Source: a virus
Taxonomy: Duplodnaviria; Heunggongvirae; Uroviricota; Caudoviricetes
Direction: 5' to 3' (one strand)
DNA: 30,211 nucleotides
Virus record (IMG/VR): IMGVR_UViG_2693429554_000017
Position numbers and translations under genes: made by a program. The notes below the pieces were generated by a model, which worked only from the letters and a program-made list of their open reading frames with translations, was not told the DNA's origin and ran no database searches. Below are positions 1-7,891 of this stretch, one piece after another; positions within the stretch are counted from its first letter, which is position 1, and every line of letters begins with the position of its first letter.

Positions 1-981
1 TTATAACGTCACTCCGCCTTTTAGTGGATTCAGAGCGACGGCATTTTGCAGATAGTCAGGCGCAAGGTGCGCATAGGCCATCGTCTGCTGAATGCTCGCA
101 TGTCCCAGAATCTGTTGCAGTGCGATTATATTGCCCCCATTCATCATGAAATGGCTTGCGAATGTATGCCGCAGGATGTGGGTTGCCTGATTGGGTGGTA
201 TATCAGGTTTCACTCTGCGTAAAATCCCGCAAAATTTCTCATAATCAACTTTGAATAATTTGGCGCTGGCCTCCTCTTTAACTTTTTTCTCCAGTTCCTC
301 AGAAATCGGCACGGTTCGCTTTTTACCGTTTTTGGTTTTCAGGAAGGTAACCCTGCAATTTGTAATCTGTGCTGGTTTTAGCGTGGCAACTTCCGTCCAT
401 CTTCCTCCAGTGCTCAGACATAAAAGCGCGACAAGTAAGTCATCACCAGCCAAAACATTTAACAGTTTTTCGATTTCTGCTTTTTCCAGGAACGTCATTT
501 CAGGGTTGGCCTCCGCCAGTGGCGGTAGTCCGTGAATTGGGTGTTGCCCGGAAAATTCATCCAATTGAATTAATTTTGTGAACATGCCGGATAATCGGTA
601 CATGTCACGGTTTATCGTTGCGGCACTGATACCATCACGTAGTCGCATAGAACGATAATCCATCAAAGCCCTTTTGCTCATCCTGCTCACTGGTATATCA
701 CCTATGCCGCTGATGGTTTTGAGTAGATGATTAAACTCTTTTGTTCCATGCTCGTGGTTTTGCCCGTGATATTTCCACCAGATGTCCAGCAACTCACTCA
801 AAATCCGGCGGTCTGCTCGCTGGCCTCCCCATTCTTTCTGACTGGCATTGGCGATTGTGTATCGCTCAAATGCTAGTGCTTCAGCTTTTCTTTCGAATTT
901 CCTGCGGATGCGTTTTCCGTCGCGACCGCGAGGTCTAATGTCCACTTCATAGCGACCATCATCGAGCTTCTTAATTGCCAT
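1..981 (-). CDS. int: P2-type tyrosine integrase
   Basis: Minus-strand ORF 1..1011; preferred start is the ATG at 981-979 (MAIKKLDDGRYEV...) with GGAGG 8 nt upstream. Tyrosine-recombinase C-terminal motifs (HxLRHT...Y). Sits at the left prophage end, transcribed toward the junction as in P2. Confidence 0.9.
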   Translation of the reverse strand: MAIKKLDDGRYEVDIRPRGRDGKRIRRKFERKAEALAFERYTIANASQKEWGGQRADRRILSELLDIWWKYHGQNHEHGTKEFNHLLKTISGIGDIPVSRMSKRALMDYRSMRLRDGISAATINRDMYRLSGMFTKLIQLDEFSGQHPIHGLPPLAEANPEMTFLEKAEIEKLLNVLAGDDLLVALLCLSTGGRWTEVATLKPAQITNCRVTFLKTKNGKKRTVPISEELEKKVKEEASAKLFKVDYEKFCGILRRVKPDIPPNQATHILRHTFASHFMMNGGNIIALQQILGHASIQQTMAYAHLAPDYLQNAVALNPLKGGVTL

Positions 982-1050
982 AAGAAAGCCCTCCGGCGCT
1001 GTATTCACCATCTTGGTAGCAAATGGTGAAAATGTAATCTTTATATAGAG

Positions 1051-1344
1051 TTAGCCAATCCTTTTCGCGGAGTGGTTGGACTCTGTTGACTCTGGCCCAA
1101 TGTGCGCGAGAGCCGGTGCGATTTGTCCTGCGTCCGGCGCGGTTTTATCTGTCATAAGCCATAGAGCATATTTTTGGAATGTGGGATGCATAGTGATTTT
1201 TAGCAAAGCTGTGCCACCGGGTTCAAAGTTTCCTCCTTCATATTTTTTAAGTGTGCTTAGTGGTAACTCTATGATTTCACAGAATTTTGATTGGCTTAGC
1301 CCTTCAGCCTCACGCAAGGCCTTAATCTTTTCGCTTAATTTCAT
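1051..1344 (-). CDS. C: immunity repressor C (HTH)
   Basis: 97-aa minus-strand ORF directly upstream of int and divergent from cox. N-terminal helix-turn-helix-like segment (SQSKFCEIIELPLSTLKKYE). Position and size match P2 C. Confidence 0.8.
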   Translation of the reverse strand: MKLSEKIKALREAEGLSQSKFCEIIELPLSTLKKYEGGNFEPGGTALLKITMHPTFQKYALWLMTDKTAPDAGQIAPALAHIGPESTESNHSAKRIG

Positions 1345-1465
1345 TTGACACGGTGCCTATATAGGGACTAAATTCCCTCAAAACTGGAACCTATATAGGT
1401 TCCATTGATTTGAGAATAAACCAGCGTCTAAACGGTTTTGAGTGGTTTAGAAAGGGCTGGATCCT
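1345..1465. promoter_or_regulatory. lysis/lysogeny switch region with divergent early promoters and candidate operators
   Basis: 121-bp gap between divergent C and cox. Perfect TTGACA at 1345-1350. Two copies of the 10-bp palindrome CCTATATAGG at 1356-1365 and 1390-1399; the second sits inside an 18-bp perfect palindrome GGAACCTATATAGGTTCC. Confidence 0.5.
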
Positions 1466-1753
1466 ATGAGGGTACCATATATGGACGCTGAAAATTATGT
1501 GATTCAGTATCCGCTTGATGCGGTTCATGTGGATAAATTTGCTGATTTATTAGGGAAACCAAAGACAGCTGTCAGTGAAATGGTGAAGGCAAATAAATTA
1601 CCAATTATTGAATTGCGTGATCCTTGCAAACCGAAGGCTCGTGCCGGTGAAAAATGGGTTTTCATTCCTGAGTTTAATCGCGCTGTACGTGAGGCGTTTT
1701 ATAACCGACCGGTTGAACAGCGTGATGCATGGCTTTTGTGGATGGGGTTGTGA
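1466..1753 (+). CDS. cox: Cox-like excisionase / early regulator
   Basis: 95-aa ORF, first gene of the rightward early operon, divergent from C. C-terminal WLLWMGL motif resembles the P2 Cox / 186 Apl family. Confidence 0.7.
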   Translation: MRVPYMDAENYVIQYPLDAVHVDKFADLLGKPKTAVSEMVKANKLPIIELRDPCKPKARAGEKWVFIPEFNRAVREAFYNRPVEQRDAWLLWMGL

Positions 1754-1755
1754 TT

Positions 1756-1926
1756 ATGAATGAGCCGCGTTGTATTGCTCAGTTATTGCGTAACGAAAGC
1801 CCCAGGGCGATTGACTTCACCATCACCCACGGGAAGGGACGCAAGGGAATCATTATCCGCACCAAAAAACAGAGTCCGTTAAAAAAGGCTCTGACCTTTC
1901 TGAAAAGCCGGAGGGTCTGGAAATGA
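1756..1926 (+). CDS. small early protein (P2 orf78-like)
   Basis: ORF 1729..1926; internal ATG at 1756 preferred (MNEPRCIAQLL...). Syntenic with P2 orf78 between cox and B. Confidence 0.45.
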   Translation: MNEPRCIAQLLRNESPRAIDFTITHGKGRKGIIIRTKKQSPLKKALTFLKSRRVWK

Positions 1927-2423
1927 CAGTGATGACGCTCAATCTCGTTGAAAAACAGCCAGCAGCTATGCGCCGGATAATTGGCAAGCATCTGGCCGTC
2001 CCTCGCTGGCAGGATACATGTGATTATTATAATCAGATGATGGAACGCGAACGGCTAACGGTTTGCTTCCATGCGCAGTTAAAACAGCGTCACGCAACGA
2101 TGCGTTTTGAAGAAATGAACGACGTCGAACGTGAACGGCTGGTTTGTGCAATTGATGAATTGCGTGGGGCATTCTCAAAACGCCGTCAGGTTGGCGCAAG
2201 TGAGTATGCATATATTAGTTTTTTAACAGTCAGTCAGCGTCGTACTTTATTTATGCATGCCGGTTTGACTGAAAAAGAATTCAACCAGCCATACTGGCGA
2301 ATTAATGAAGAATCATGTTACTGGCGTGATGCTTTATTCCGTGCATTACGTGAATTATTCAGCCTGTTTGAGTATGCACCGACAATTCTGACGTCGGTAA
2401 AACCAGAGCAATATCTGCATTAA
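1923..2423 (+). CDS. B: replication protein B
   Basis: 166-aa ORF, same length as P2 gpB as I recall it, in the syntenic position; start overlaps the upstream stop. Confidence 0.8.
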   Translation: MTVMTLNLVEKQPAAMRRIIGKHLAVPRWQDTCDYYNQMMERERLTVCFHAQLKQRHATMRFEEMNDVERERLVCAIDELRGAFSKRRQVGASEYAYISFLTVSQRRTLFMHAGLTEKEFNQPYWRINEESCYWRDALFRALRELFSLFEYAPTILTSVKPEQYLH

Positions 2424-2486
2424 ATAATTAACCAGAGTTTTTAACGCACTTAATCGTGCGGGGCTTCTTTTTGCCTGGAGAAAGTC

Positions 2487-2711
2487 ATGCATACAGTTTC
2501 TCAAAACAAGTGCGGTAAATACGCATTACTGCTGCAACAGGCCAGAGCCGAAGCACAGGCCGACGCAGCGACACGCTTTTCTTCTCATCTTGACGCCATG
2601 ATTCGCCATATCACAAAGGCGGAGTTATCCCGCGTGGAGATAGTCGAGCTGCTCAGTCAGGAGTCGGAAAAATTTCACAATATCGGATTGTCTCGCGGGG
2701 AGGTGCTTTGA
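2487..2711 (+). CDS. hypothetical early protein (P2 orf80-like)
   Basis: 74-aa ORF in the early operon; GGAG upstream of the ATG. Confidence 0.55.
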   Translation: MHTVSQNKCGKYALLLQQARAEAQADAATRFSSHLDAMIRHITKAELSRVEIVELLSQESEKFHNIGLSRGEVL

Positions 2712-3010
2712 TGTCCTGTTCTCATTCAGTTGTATTACTGAATAACGCCTTAAAAATCGCCGTTATGAAAAATGGCGATTTGTCTCTTATTCAACTTTGC
2801 CTTGATAAAGAAAAACGCGACATAACTGAATCTGTTATCGCGATTTATCAGAATGAATTAAACCTCCTGTCTGATGTGGTCAATTTACTTGTTAAACGCG
2901 CTGTATTCCACAGGCAAATTTCCTCAGTGGATGAACTGACAAAATTAACGACAGAACTTGCCAGTTATTGCGCTGATGTATCCAGGAAACTTAACGATAA
3001 AAGGAGCTGA
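2708..3010 (+). CDS. hypothetical early protein (P2 orf81-like)
   Basis: 100-aa ORF; start overlaps the upstream stop (ATGA), suggesting translational coupling. Confidence 0.55.
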   Translation: MMSCSHSVVLLNNALKIAVMKNGDLSLIQLCLDKEKRDITESVIAIYQNELNLLSDVVNLLVKRAVFHRQISSVDELTKLTTELASYCADVSRKLNDKRS

Positions 3011-3012
3011 TA

Positions 3013-3237
3013 ATGCCGGACAACGTAGATTTTATTCAGGAACAACAGGCTGAATTACTGGAGCGCCAGATTAACGCGGCAAGGGTAAAACATTGCGGTG
3101 TTTCTGCGCTGGTTTGCGAAGAGTGTGACGCGCCAATACCTGCTGCCCGTCGTGCGGCTTACCCGTCAGCCACGCGTTGTGTTTCCTGTCAGTCAGTCTT
3201 TGAAGCAAAAAACAAACATTACCGGAGAACGGCATGA
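3013..3237 (+). CDS. DksA/TraR-family C4 zinc-finger protein (P2 orf82-like)
   Basis: 74 aa with CxxC...CxxC (CEECDAPIPAARRAAYPSATRCVSCQ), typical of the TraR/DksA C4 zinc finger. Confidence 0.7.
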   Translation: MPDNVDFIQEQQAELLERQINAARVKHCGVSALVCEECDAPIPAARRAAYPSATRCVSCQSVFEAKNKHYRRTA

Positions 3238-3509
3238 GTATTCGTATTGAAATTGGCGAACGTTATGTCGTTACCAGTGACAGCTTTCAGTTTATTCTCC
3301 ACGAGAAAAAGAGAGCGGAAAGCGGTAAAAACGCCGGTCAGGAATGGCTGGCGGTGGTTGGTTATTACCCGAAATTAAGCCAGCTCGTTTCAGGCCTGAT
3401 GCATCACGATATTCTGACCGGAAGCGCAAAGTCTTTTGCTGATTTAAACGTGCAGGTTGAGCAACTCAGCAAGCGTTGTTCAGAGGCTTTTGGCTCATAT
3501 GGCCGTTAA
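3234..3509 (+). CDS. hypothetical early protein (P2 orf83-like)
   Basis: 91-aa ORF, start overlapping the upstream stop; syntenic with P2 orf83 just before A. Confidence 0.55.
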   Translation: MSIRIEIGERYVVTSDSFQFILHEKKRAESGKNAGQEWLAVVGYYPKLSQLVSGLMHHDILTGSAKSFADLNVQVEQLSKRCSEAFGSYGR

Positions 3510-5775
3510 AGCCTCCGGGCGTTTTGTCCCTCCGTCAGCATTTGCCGCAGGCACCGGTAAGATGTTTACCGGTGCTTATGCATGGAACGCGCCACGCGAG
3601 GCCCTCGGGCGCGAAAGACCCCTTACACGTGACGAGATGCGTCAGGTGCAAGGTGTTTTATCCACGATTAACCGCCTGCCTTACTTTTTGCGCTCGCTGT
3701 TTACTTCACGCTATGACTACATCCGGCGCAATAAAAGCCCGGTGCACGGGTTTTATTTCCTCACATCCACTTTTCAGCGTCGTTTATGGCCGCGCATTGA
3801 GCGTGTGAATCAGCGCCATGAAATGAACACCGACGCGTCGTTACTGTTTCTGGCAGAGCGTGACCACTATGCGCGCCTGCCGGGAATGAATGACAAGGAG
3901 CTGAAAAAGTTTGCTGCCCGTATCTCATCGCAGCTTTTCATGATGTATGAGGAACTCAGCGATGCCTGGGTGGATGCGCATGGCGAAAAAGAATCGCTGT
4001 TTACGGATGAGGCGCAGGCTCACCTCTATGGTCATGTTGCTGGCGCTGCACGTGCTTTCAATATTTCCCCTCTCTACTGGAAAAAATACCGTAAAGGGCT
4101 GATGACCACGAGGCAGGCATATTCTGCCATTGCCCGTCTGTTTAACGATGAGTGGTGGACTCATCAGCTTAAAGGCCAGCGTATGCGCTGGCATGAAGCG
4201 TTAATGATAGCTGTCGGGGAGGTCAATAAAGACCGTTCTCCTTATGCCAGTAAACACGCCATTCGTGATGTGCGTGCGCGCCGCCAGGCAAATCTGGAAT
4301 TTCTTAAATCGTGTGACCTTGAAAACAGGGAAACCGGCGAGCGCATCGACCTTATCAGTAAGGCGATGGGCAGTATTTCTAATCCTGAAATTCGCCGGAT
4401 GGAGCTGATGAACACCATTGCCGGTATTGAGCGTTACGCCGCCGCAGAGGGTGATGTGGGGATGTTTATCACGCTGACCGCGCCGTCAAAGTATCACCCG
4501 ACTCGTCAGGTCAGAAAAGGCGAAAGTAAAACCGTTCAGCTTAATCACGGCTGGAACGATGAGGTATTTAATCCAAAGGATGCGCAGCGTTATCTCTGCC
4601 GCATCTGGAGCCTGATGCGCACGGCATTCAAGGATAATGATTTACAGGTCTACGGTTTGCGTGTCGTCGAGCCACACCACGACGGAACGCCGCACTGGCA
4701 TATGATGCTTTTTTGTAATCCACGCCAGCGTAACCAGATTATCGAAATCATGCGTCGCTATGCGCTCAAAGAGGATGGTGACGAAAGAGGAGCCGCGCGA
4801 AACCGTTTTCAGGCAAAGCACCTTAACCGGGGCGGTGCTGCGGGATATATCGCGAAATACATTTCAAAAAATATCGACGGCTATGCACTGGATGGTCAGC
4901 TCGATAACGATACCGGTAAGCCGCTTAAAGATACTGCCGCGGCTGTTACCGCATGGGCGTCAACGTGGCGCATCCCGCAATTTAAAACGGTTGGACTGCC
5001 GACAATGGGGGCTTACCGTGAACTACGCAAATTGCCTCGCGGCGTCAGTATTGCTGATGAGTTTGACGAACGCGTCGAGGCTGCTCGCGCTGCCGCAGAC
5101 AGTGGTGATTTTGCGTTGTATATCAGCGCGCAGGGTGGGGCAAATGTCCCGCGCGATTGTCAGACTGTCAGGGTTGCCCGTAGCCCGTCGGATGACGTTA
5201 ACGAGTACGAGGAAGAAGTCGAGAGAGTGGTCGGCATTTACGCGCCGCATCTCGGCGCGCGTCATATTCATATCACCAGAACGACGGACTGGTGCATTGT
5301 GCCGAAAGTTCCGGTCGTTGAGCCTTTGACTTTAAAAAGCGGCATCGCCGCGCCTCGGAGTCCTGTCAATAACTGTGGAAAGCTCACCGGTGGTGATACT
5401 TCGTTACTGGCTCCCACACCTTCTGAGCACGCCGCAGCAGTGCTTAATCTGGTTGATGACGGTGTTATTGAATGGAATGAACCGGAGGTCGTGAGGGCGC
5501 TCAGGGGCGCATTAAAACACGACCTGCGAACGCCAAACCGTCAGCAAAGAAACGGAAGCCCGTTAAAACCACATGAAATTGCACCATCGGCCAGACTGAC
5601 CCGGTCGGAAAGAATGCAAATTACCCGTATCCGCGTTGACCTTGCTCAGAACGGTATCAGGCCGCAGCGATGGGAGCTTGAGGCGCTGGCGCGTGGCGCG
5701 ACCGTAAATTATGACGGGAAAAAATTCACGTATCCGGTCGCTGATGAGTGGCCGGGGTTCTCGTTACCCATTTGA
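3499..5775 (+). CDS. A: rolling-circle replication initiator endonuclease A
   Basis: ORF 3457..5775; preferred start ATG 3499 (MAVKASGRF...), giving about 758 aa, close to P2 gpA as I recall. Contains HWHMMLF and a tyrosine-rich segment typical of phage Rep endonucleases. Confidence 0.9.
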   Translation: MAVKASGRFVPPSAFAAGTGKMFTGAYAWNAPREALGRERPLTRDEMRQVQGVLSTINRLPYFLRSLFTSRYDYIRRNKSPVHGFYFLTSTFQRRLWPRIERVNQRHEMNTDASLLFLAERDHYARLPGMNDKELKKFAARISSQLFMMYEELSDAWVDAHGEKESLFTDEAQAHLYGHVAGAARAFNISPLYWKKYRKGLMTTRQAYSAIARLFNDEWWTHQLKGQRMRWHEALMIAVGEVNKDRSPYASKHAIRDVRARRQANLEFLKSCDLENRETGERIDLISKAMGSISNPEIRRMELMNTIAGIERYAAAEGDVGMFITLTAPSKYHPTRQVRKGESKTVQLNHGWNDEVFNPKDAQRYLCRIWSLMRTAFKDNDLQVYGLRVVEPHHDGTPHWHMMLFCNPRQRNQIIEIMRRYALKEDGDERGAARNRFQAKHLNRGGAAGYIAKYISKNIDGYALDGQLDNDTGKPLKDTAAAVTAWASTWRIPQFKTVGLPTMGAYRELRKLPRGVSIADEFDERVEAARAAADSGDFALYISAQGGANVPRDCQTVRVARSPSDDVNEYEEEVERVVGIYAPHLGARHIHITRTTDWCIVPKVPVVEPLTLKSGIAAPRSPVNNCGKLTGGDTSLLAPTPSEHAAAVLNLVDDGVIEWNEPEVVRALRGALKHDLRTPNRQQRNGSPLKPHEIAPSARLTRSERMQITRIRVDLAQNGIRPQRWELEALARGATVNYDGKKFTYPVADEWPGFSLPI

Positions 5776-6033
5776 GTAAAAACACAACGTAATTTGATAT
5801 GGCATTGAATGGCTTATGCGGAGCAGTTATGGGGCAGCAGAAGGTCAATAGCATGCTGAATTAGAAGGCTAAATGCTATTGAGTGACTAGCATGTCGGTA
5901 AGGACAGCCGTTTGATCCGGGTCATAAAAGGCCATCCATTTAGTCTAATAAAATCATTGCGGGTAACCTTATGTCGACGCATAATTCGTCTTGAGCGAAG
6001 TCTTGTCAGTCTTTCATCGTATTGATGATGGGC

Positions 6034-6066
6034 GCAAAAAAACCACCCTGGCAGGTGGTTTTTTTG
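6034..6066. terminator. bidirectional rho-independent terminator
   Basis: AAAAAAACCACC-CTGGCA-GGTGGTTTTTTT: 12-bp stem, 6-nt loop, with A-run on one side and T-run on the other. Lies between the end of A (+) and the 37-aa ORF (-). Confidence 0.75.
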
Positions 6067-6077
6067 TTTGAAGCATA

Positions 6078-6191
6078 TTAAAGCATAATGCTGACATTGA
6101 TATTACTGACGTTTACTGACAAACCACTCGGACTACCGTTTGGATAGCCAAAGAGGGCCAGAACGAGAATGCAGTAATAGCATTTCTTCAT
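6078..6191 (-). CDS. 37-aa hydrophobic small protein of unknown function
   Basis: ATG at 6191-6189 preceded by AGGAGG with 5-nt spacing. Product MKKCYYCILVLALFGYPNGSPSGLSVNVSNINVSIML; stop at 6078, followed directly by the bidirectional terminator. It is the C-terminal part of the 97-aa track ORF 6078..6371, whose upstream part has no SD. Confidence 0.3.
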   Translation of the reverse strand: MKKCYYCILVLALFGYPNGSPSGLSVNVSNINVSIML

Positions 6192-6667
6192 ATTGCCTCC
6201 TGTAAGTAGAGGGCAACTTCCACCGGTATATGCGCTTCTTAGGTGGAATGACTTTTGAGCGAAGTCTTGCCCTGAAATAATGCTCTGTTTAAACGCAAAG
6301 TGATCTGGCATATCACCGAACAGAGAGCCTGAACAACACAACATATAGTATGTCGTTGTTTCTGGTTGCATTTTATGTTGTGTAATACTGGTTTTGCATC
6401 AAGGATGTTTGAGCTTTTTTTGATATAGCTCAAAGTAAAAAGCAGAGACTACGGATGATAAGGTCTTGAAAGCAATGTAAATTTTTTAAAGTTGCCAATT
6501 GCTTAAAAATGTACAGTTGCGGTATGGCGTACTTAAAAAGCTATGCATGCAACAAGTGAATGTTTTTGCATGCGTTGGGGATGTCCGTTCAGGCTGCGTG
6601 CGGTCAGGACTGGTGCGGATCCATAGTATCTATGCAACTGCATTAAAACCGACCCATGAAGCGGGCG

Positions 6668-6686
6668 GGCGAGGCGGGGAAAGCAC
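6668..6686. other. cos cohesive-end sequence
   Basis: GGCGAGGCGGGGAAAGCAC matches the 19-nt P2 cohesive end as I recall it. Lies in a GC-rich non-coding stretch just before Q, where P2 cos is. Confidence 0.6.
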
Positions 6687-6829
6687 TGCGCGCTGGCGGT
6701 GGTGCTGATTTTATTTTTTCAGCGTCTGAGCGCGTCGTGATAGCGTTTAGATTGTGCGCCGGGGCGTTGGTTTGCCTGCGGGCTGTTTTGTGCGGTGGTG
6801 AGCGTGTGAGGGCGTGATGACGGGGGTGT

Positions 6830-6851
6830 AAAAAAGCCGCCCGCAGGCGGC
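6830..6851 (-). terminator. rho-independent terminator after Q
   Basis: On the minus strand GCCGCC-TGCG-GGCGGC followed by TTTTTT, immediately after the Q stop codon. Confidence 0.6.
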
Positions 6852-6856
6852 GATGT

Positions 6857-7891
6857 TCAGCCGTTGTCAGTGTCCAGTGAGTAGTTTTTAAAGCGGATGA
6901 CCTCCTGACCGAGCCAGCCGTTTATTTCCCGAATCCTGTCCTGTAACGGGATAAGCTCATTGCGGACAAAGACCTTTGACACTTTCTCAATATCACCCAG
7001 CGACCCGACGTTCTCCGGCTTGCCGCCCATCAACTGAAAGGGGATGCGGTGCGCGTCAAGCAGGTCAGCGGCGCTGGCTTTTTTGATATTAAAAAAATCG
7101 TCCTTCGTTGCCACTTCACTGAGCGGGATAATTTTAATGCCGTCGGCTTTTCCCTGTGGTGCATAGAGAAACAGGTTTTTAAAGTTGTTGCGGCCTTTCG
7201 ACTTAACCATGTTTTCGCGAAGCGTTTCGATATCGTTGCGGTCCTGCACGGCATCGGTGACGTACATGATGTATCCGGCATGTGCGCCATTTTCGTAATA
7301 CTTGCGGCGGAACAGCGTGGCCGACTCATTCAGCCAGGCAGAATTAAGGGCGCTCAGATATTCCGGCAGGCCGTACAACTCCTGATTGATATCCGGCTCC
7401 AGCAGGTGAAACACGGAGCCGGGCGTGAAGGCTGTCGGCTCGTTGAAGGACGGCACCCACCAGTAAACATCCTCCTCCACGCCACGGCGGGTATATTTTG
7501 CCGGTGAGGTTTCCAGTCTGATGACCTTACCGGTGGTGCTGTAACGCTTTTCCAGAAACGCATTACCGAACACCAGAAAATCCAGCACAAAGCGGCTGAA
7601 ATCCTGCTGGGAAAGCCACGGATGCGGAATAAACGTTGAAGCCAGAATATTGCGTTTAACGTAAATCGGCGAGCTGTGATGCACGGCAGCACGCAGGCTT
7701 TTTGCCAGACCGGTAAAGCTGACCGGTGGCTCATACCATCTGCCGTTACTGATGCACTCGACGTAATCCAGAATGTCACGGCGGTCGAGTACCGGCACCG
7801 GCTCGCCAAAGGTGAATGCTTCCATTTTCGGGGCGCTGGCGGTGATTGTTTTTGCCGCAGGTTGCGGTGTTTTCCCTTTTTTCTTGCTCAT
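6857..7891 (-). CDS. Q: portal protein
   Basis: 344-aa ORF, same length as P2 gpQ as I recall; first gene after cos, leftward, adjacent to P. Confidence 0.9.
   Translation of the reverse strand: MSKKKGKTPQPAAKTITASAPKMEAFTFGEPVPVLDRRDILDYVECISNGRWYEPPVSFTGLAKSLRAAVHHSSPIYVKRNILASTFIPHPWLSQQDFSRFVLDFLVFGNAFLEKRYSTTGKVIRLETSPAKYTRRGVEEDVYWWVPSFNEPTAFTPGSVFHLLEPDINQELYGLPEYLSALNSAWLNESATLFRRKYYENGAHAGYIMYVTDAVQDRNDIETLRENMVKSKGRNNFKNLFLYAPQGKADGIKIIPLSEVATKDDFFNIKKASAADLLDAHRIPFQLMGGKPENVGSLGDIEKVSKVFVRNELIPLQDRIREINGWLGQEVIRFKNYSLDTDNG

Noticed and set aside
3457-3498. N-terminal extension of A starting at 3457 (MSNSASVVQRLLAH...).
   Set aside because: It overlaps the preceding orf83-like gene by 53 nt; the ATG at 3499 gives a product starting MAVKASGRF with a short overlap typical of coupled phage genes.
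6192-6371. Upstream part of the 97-aa minus-strand track ORF (start 6371).
   Set aside because: No SD before the 6371 ATG, whereas the internal ATG at 6191 has AGGAGG; the 37-aa reading is better supported.
6239-6433. 64-aa minus-strand ORF in the A-to-cos slot.
   Set aside because: Begins with TTG rather than ATG, has no SD, and overlaps the better-supported elements; likely non-coding promoter region.
6499-6708. 69-aa plus-strand ORF overlapping the cos site.
   Set aside because: Runs through the cos cohesive-end sequence and GC-rich packaging region; Gly/Arg-rich low-complexity product; no SD.
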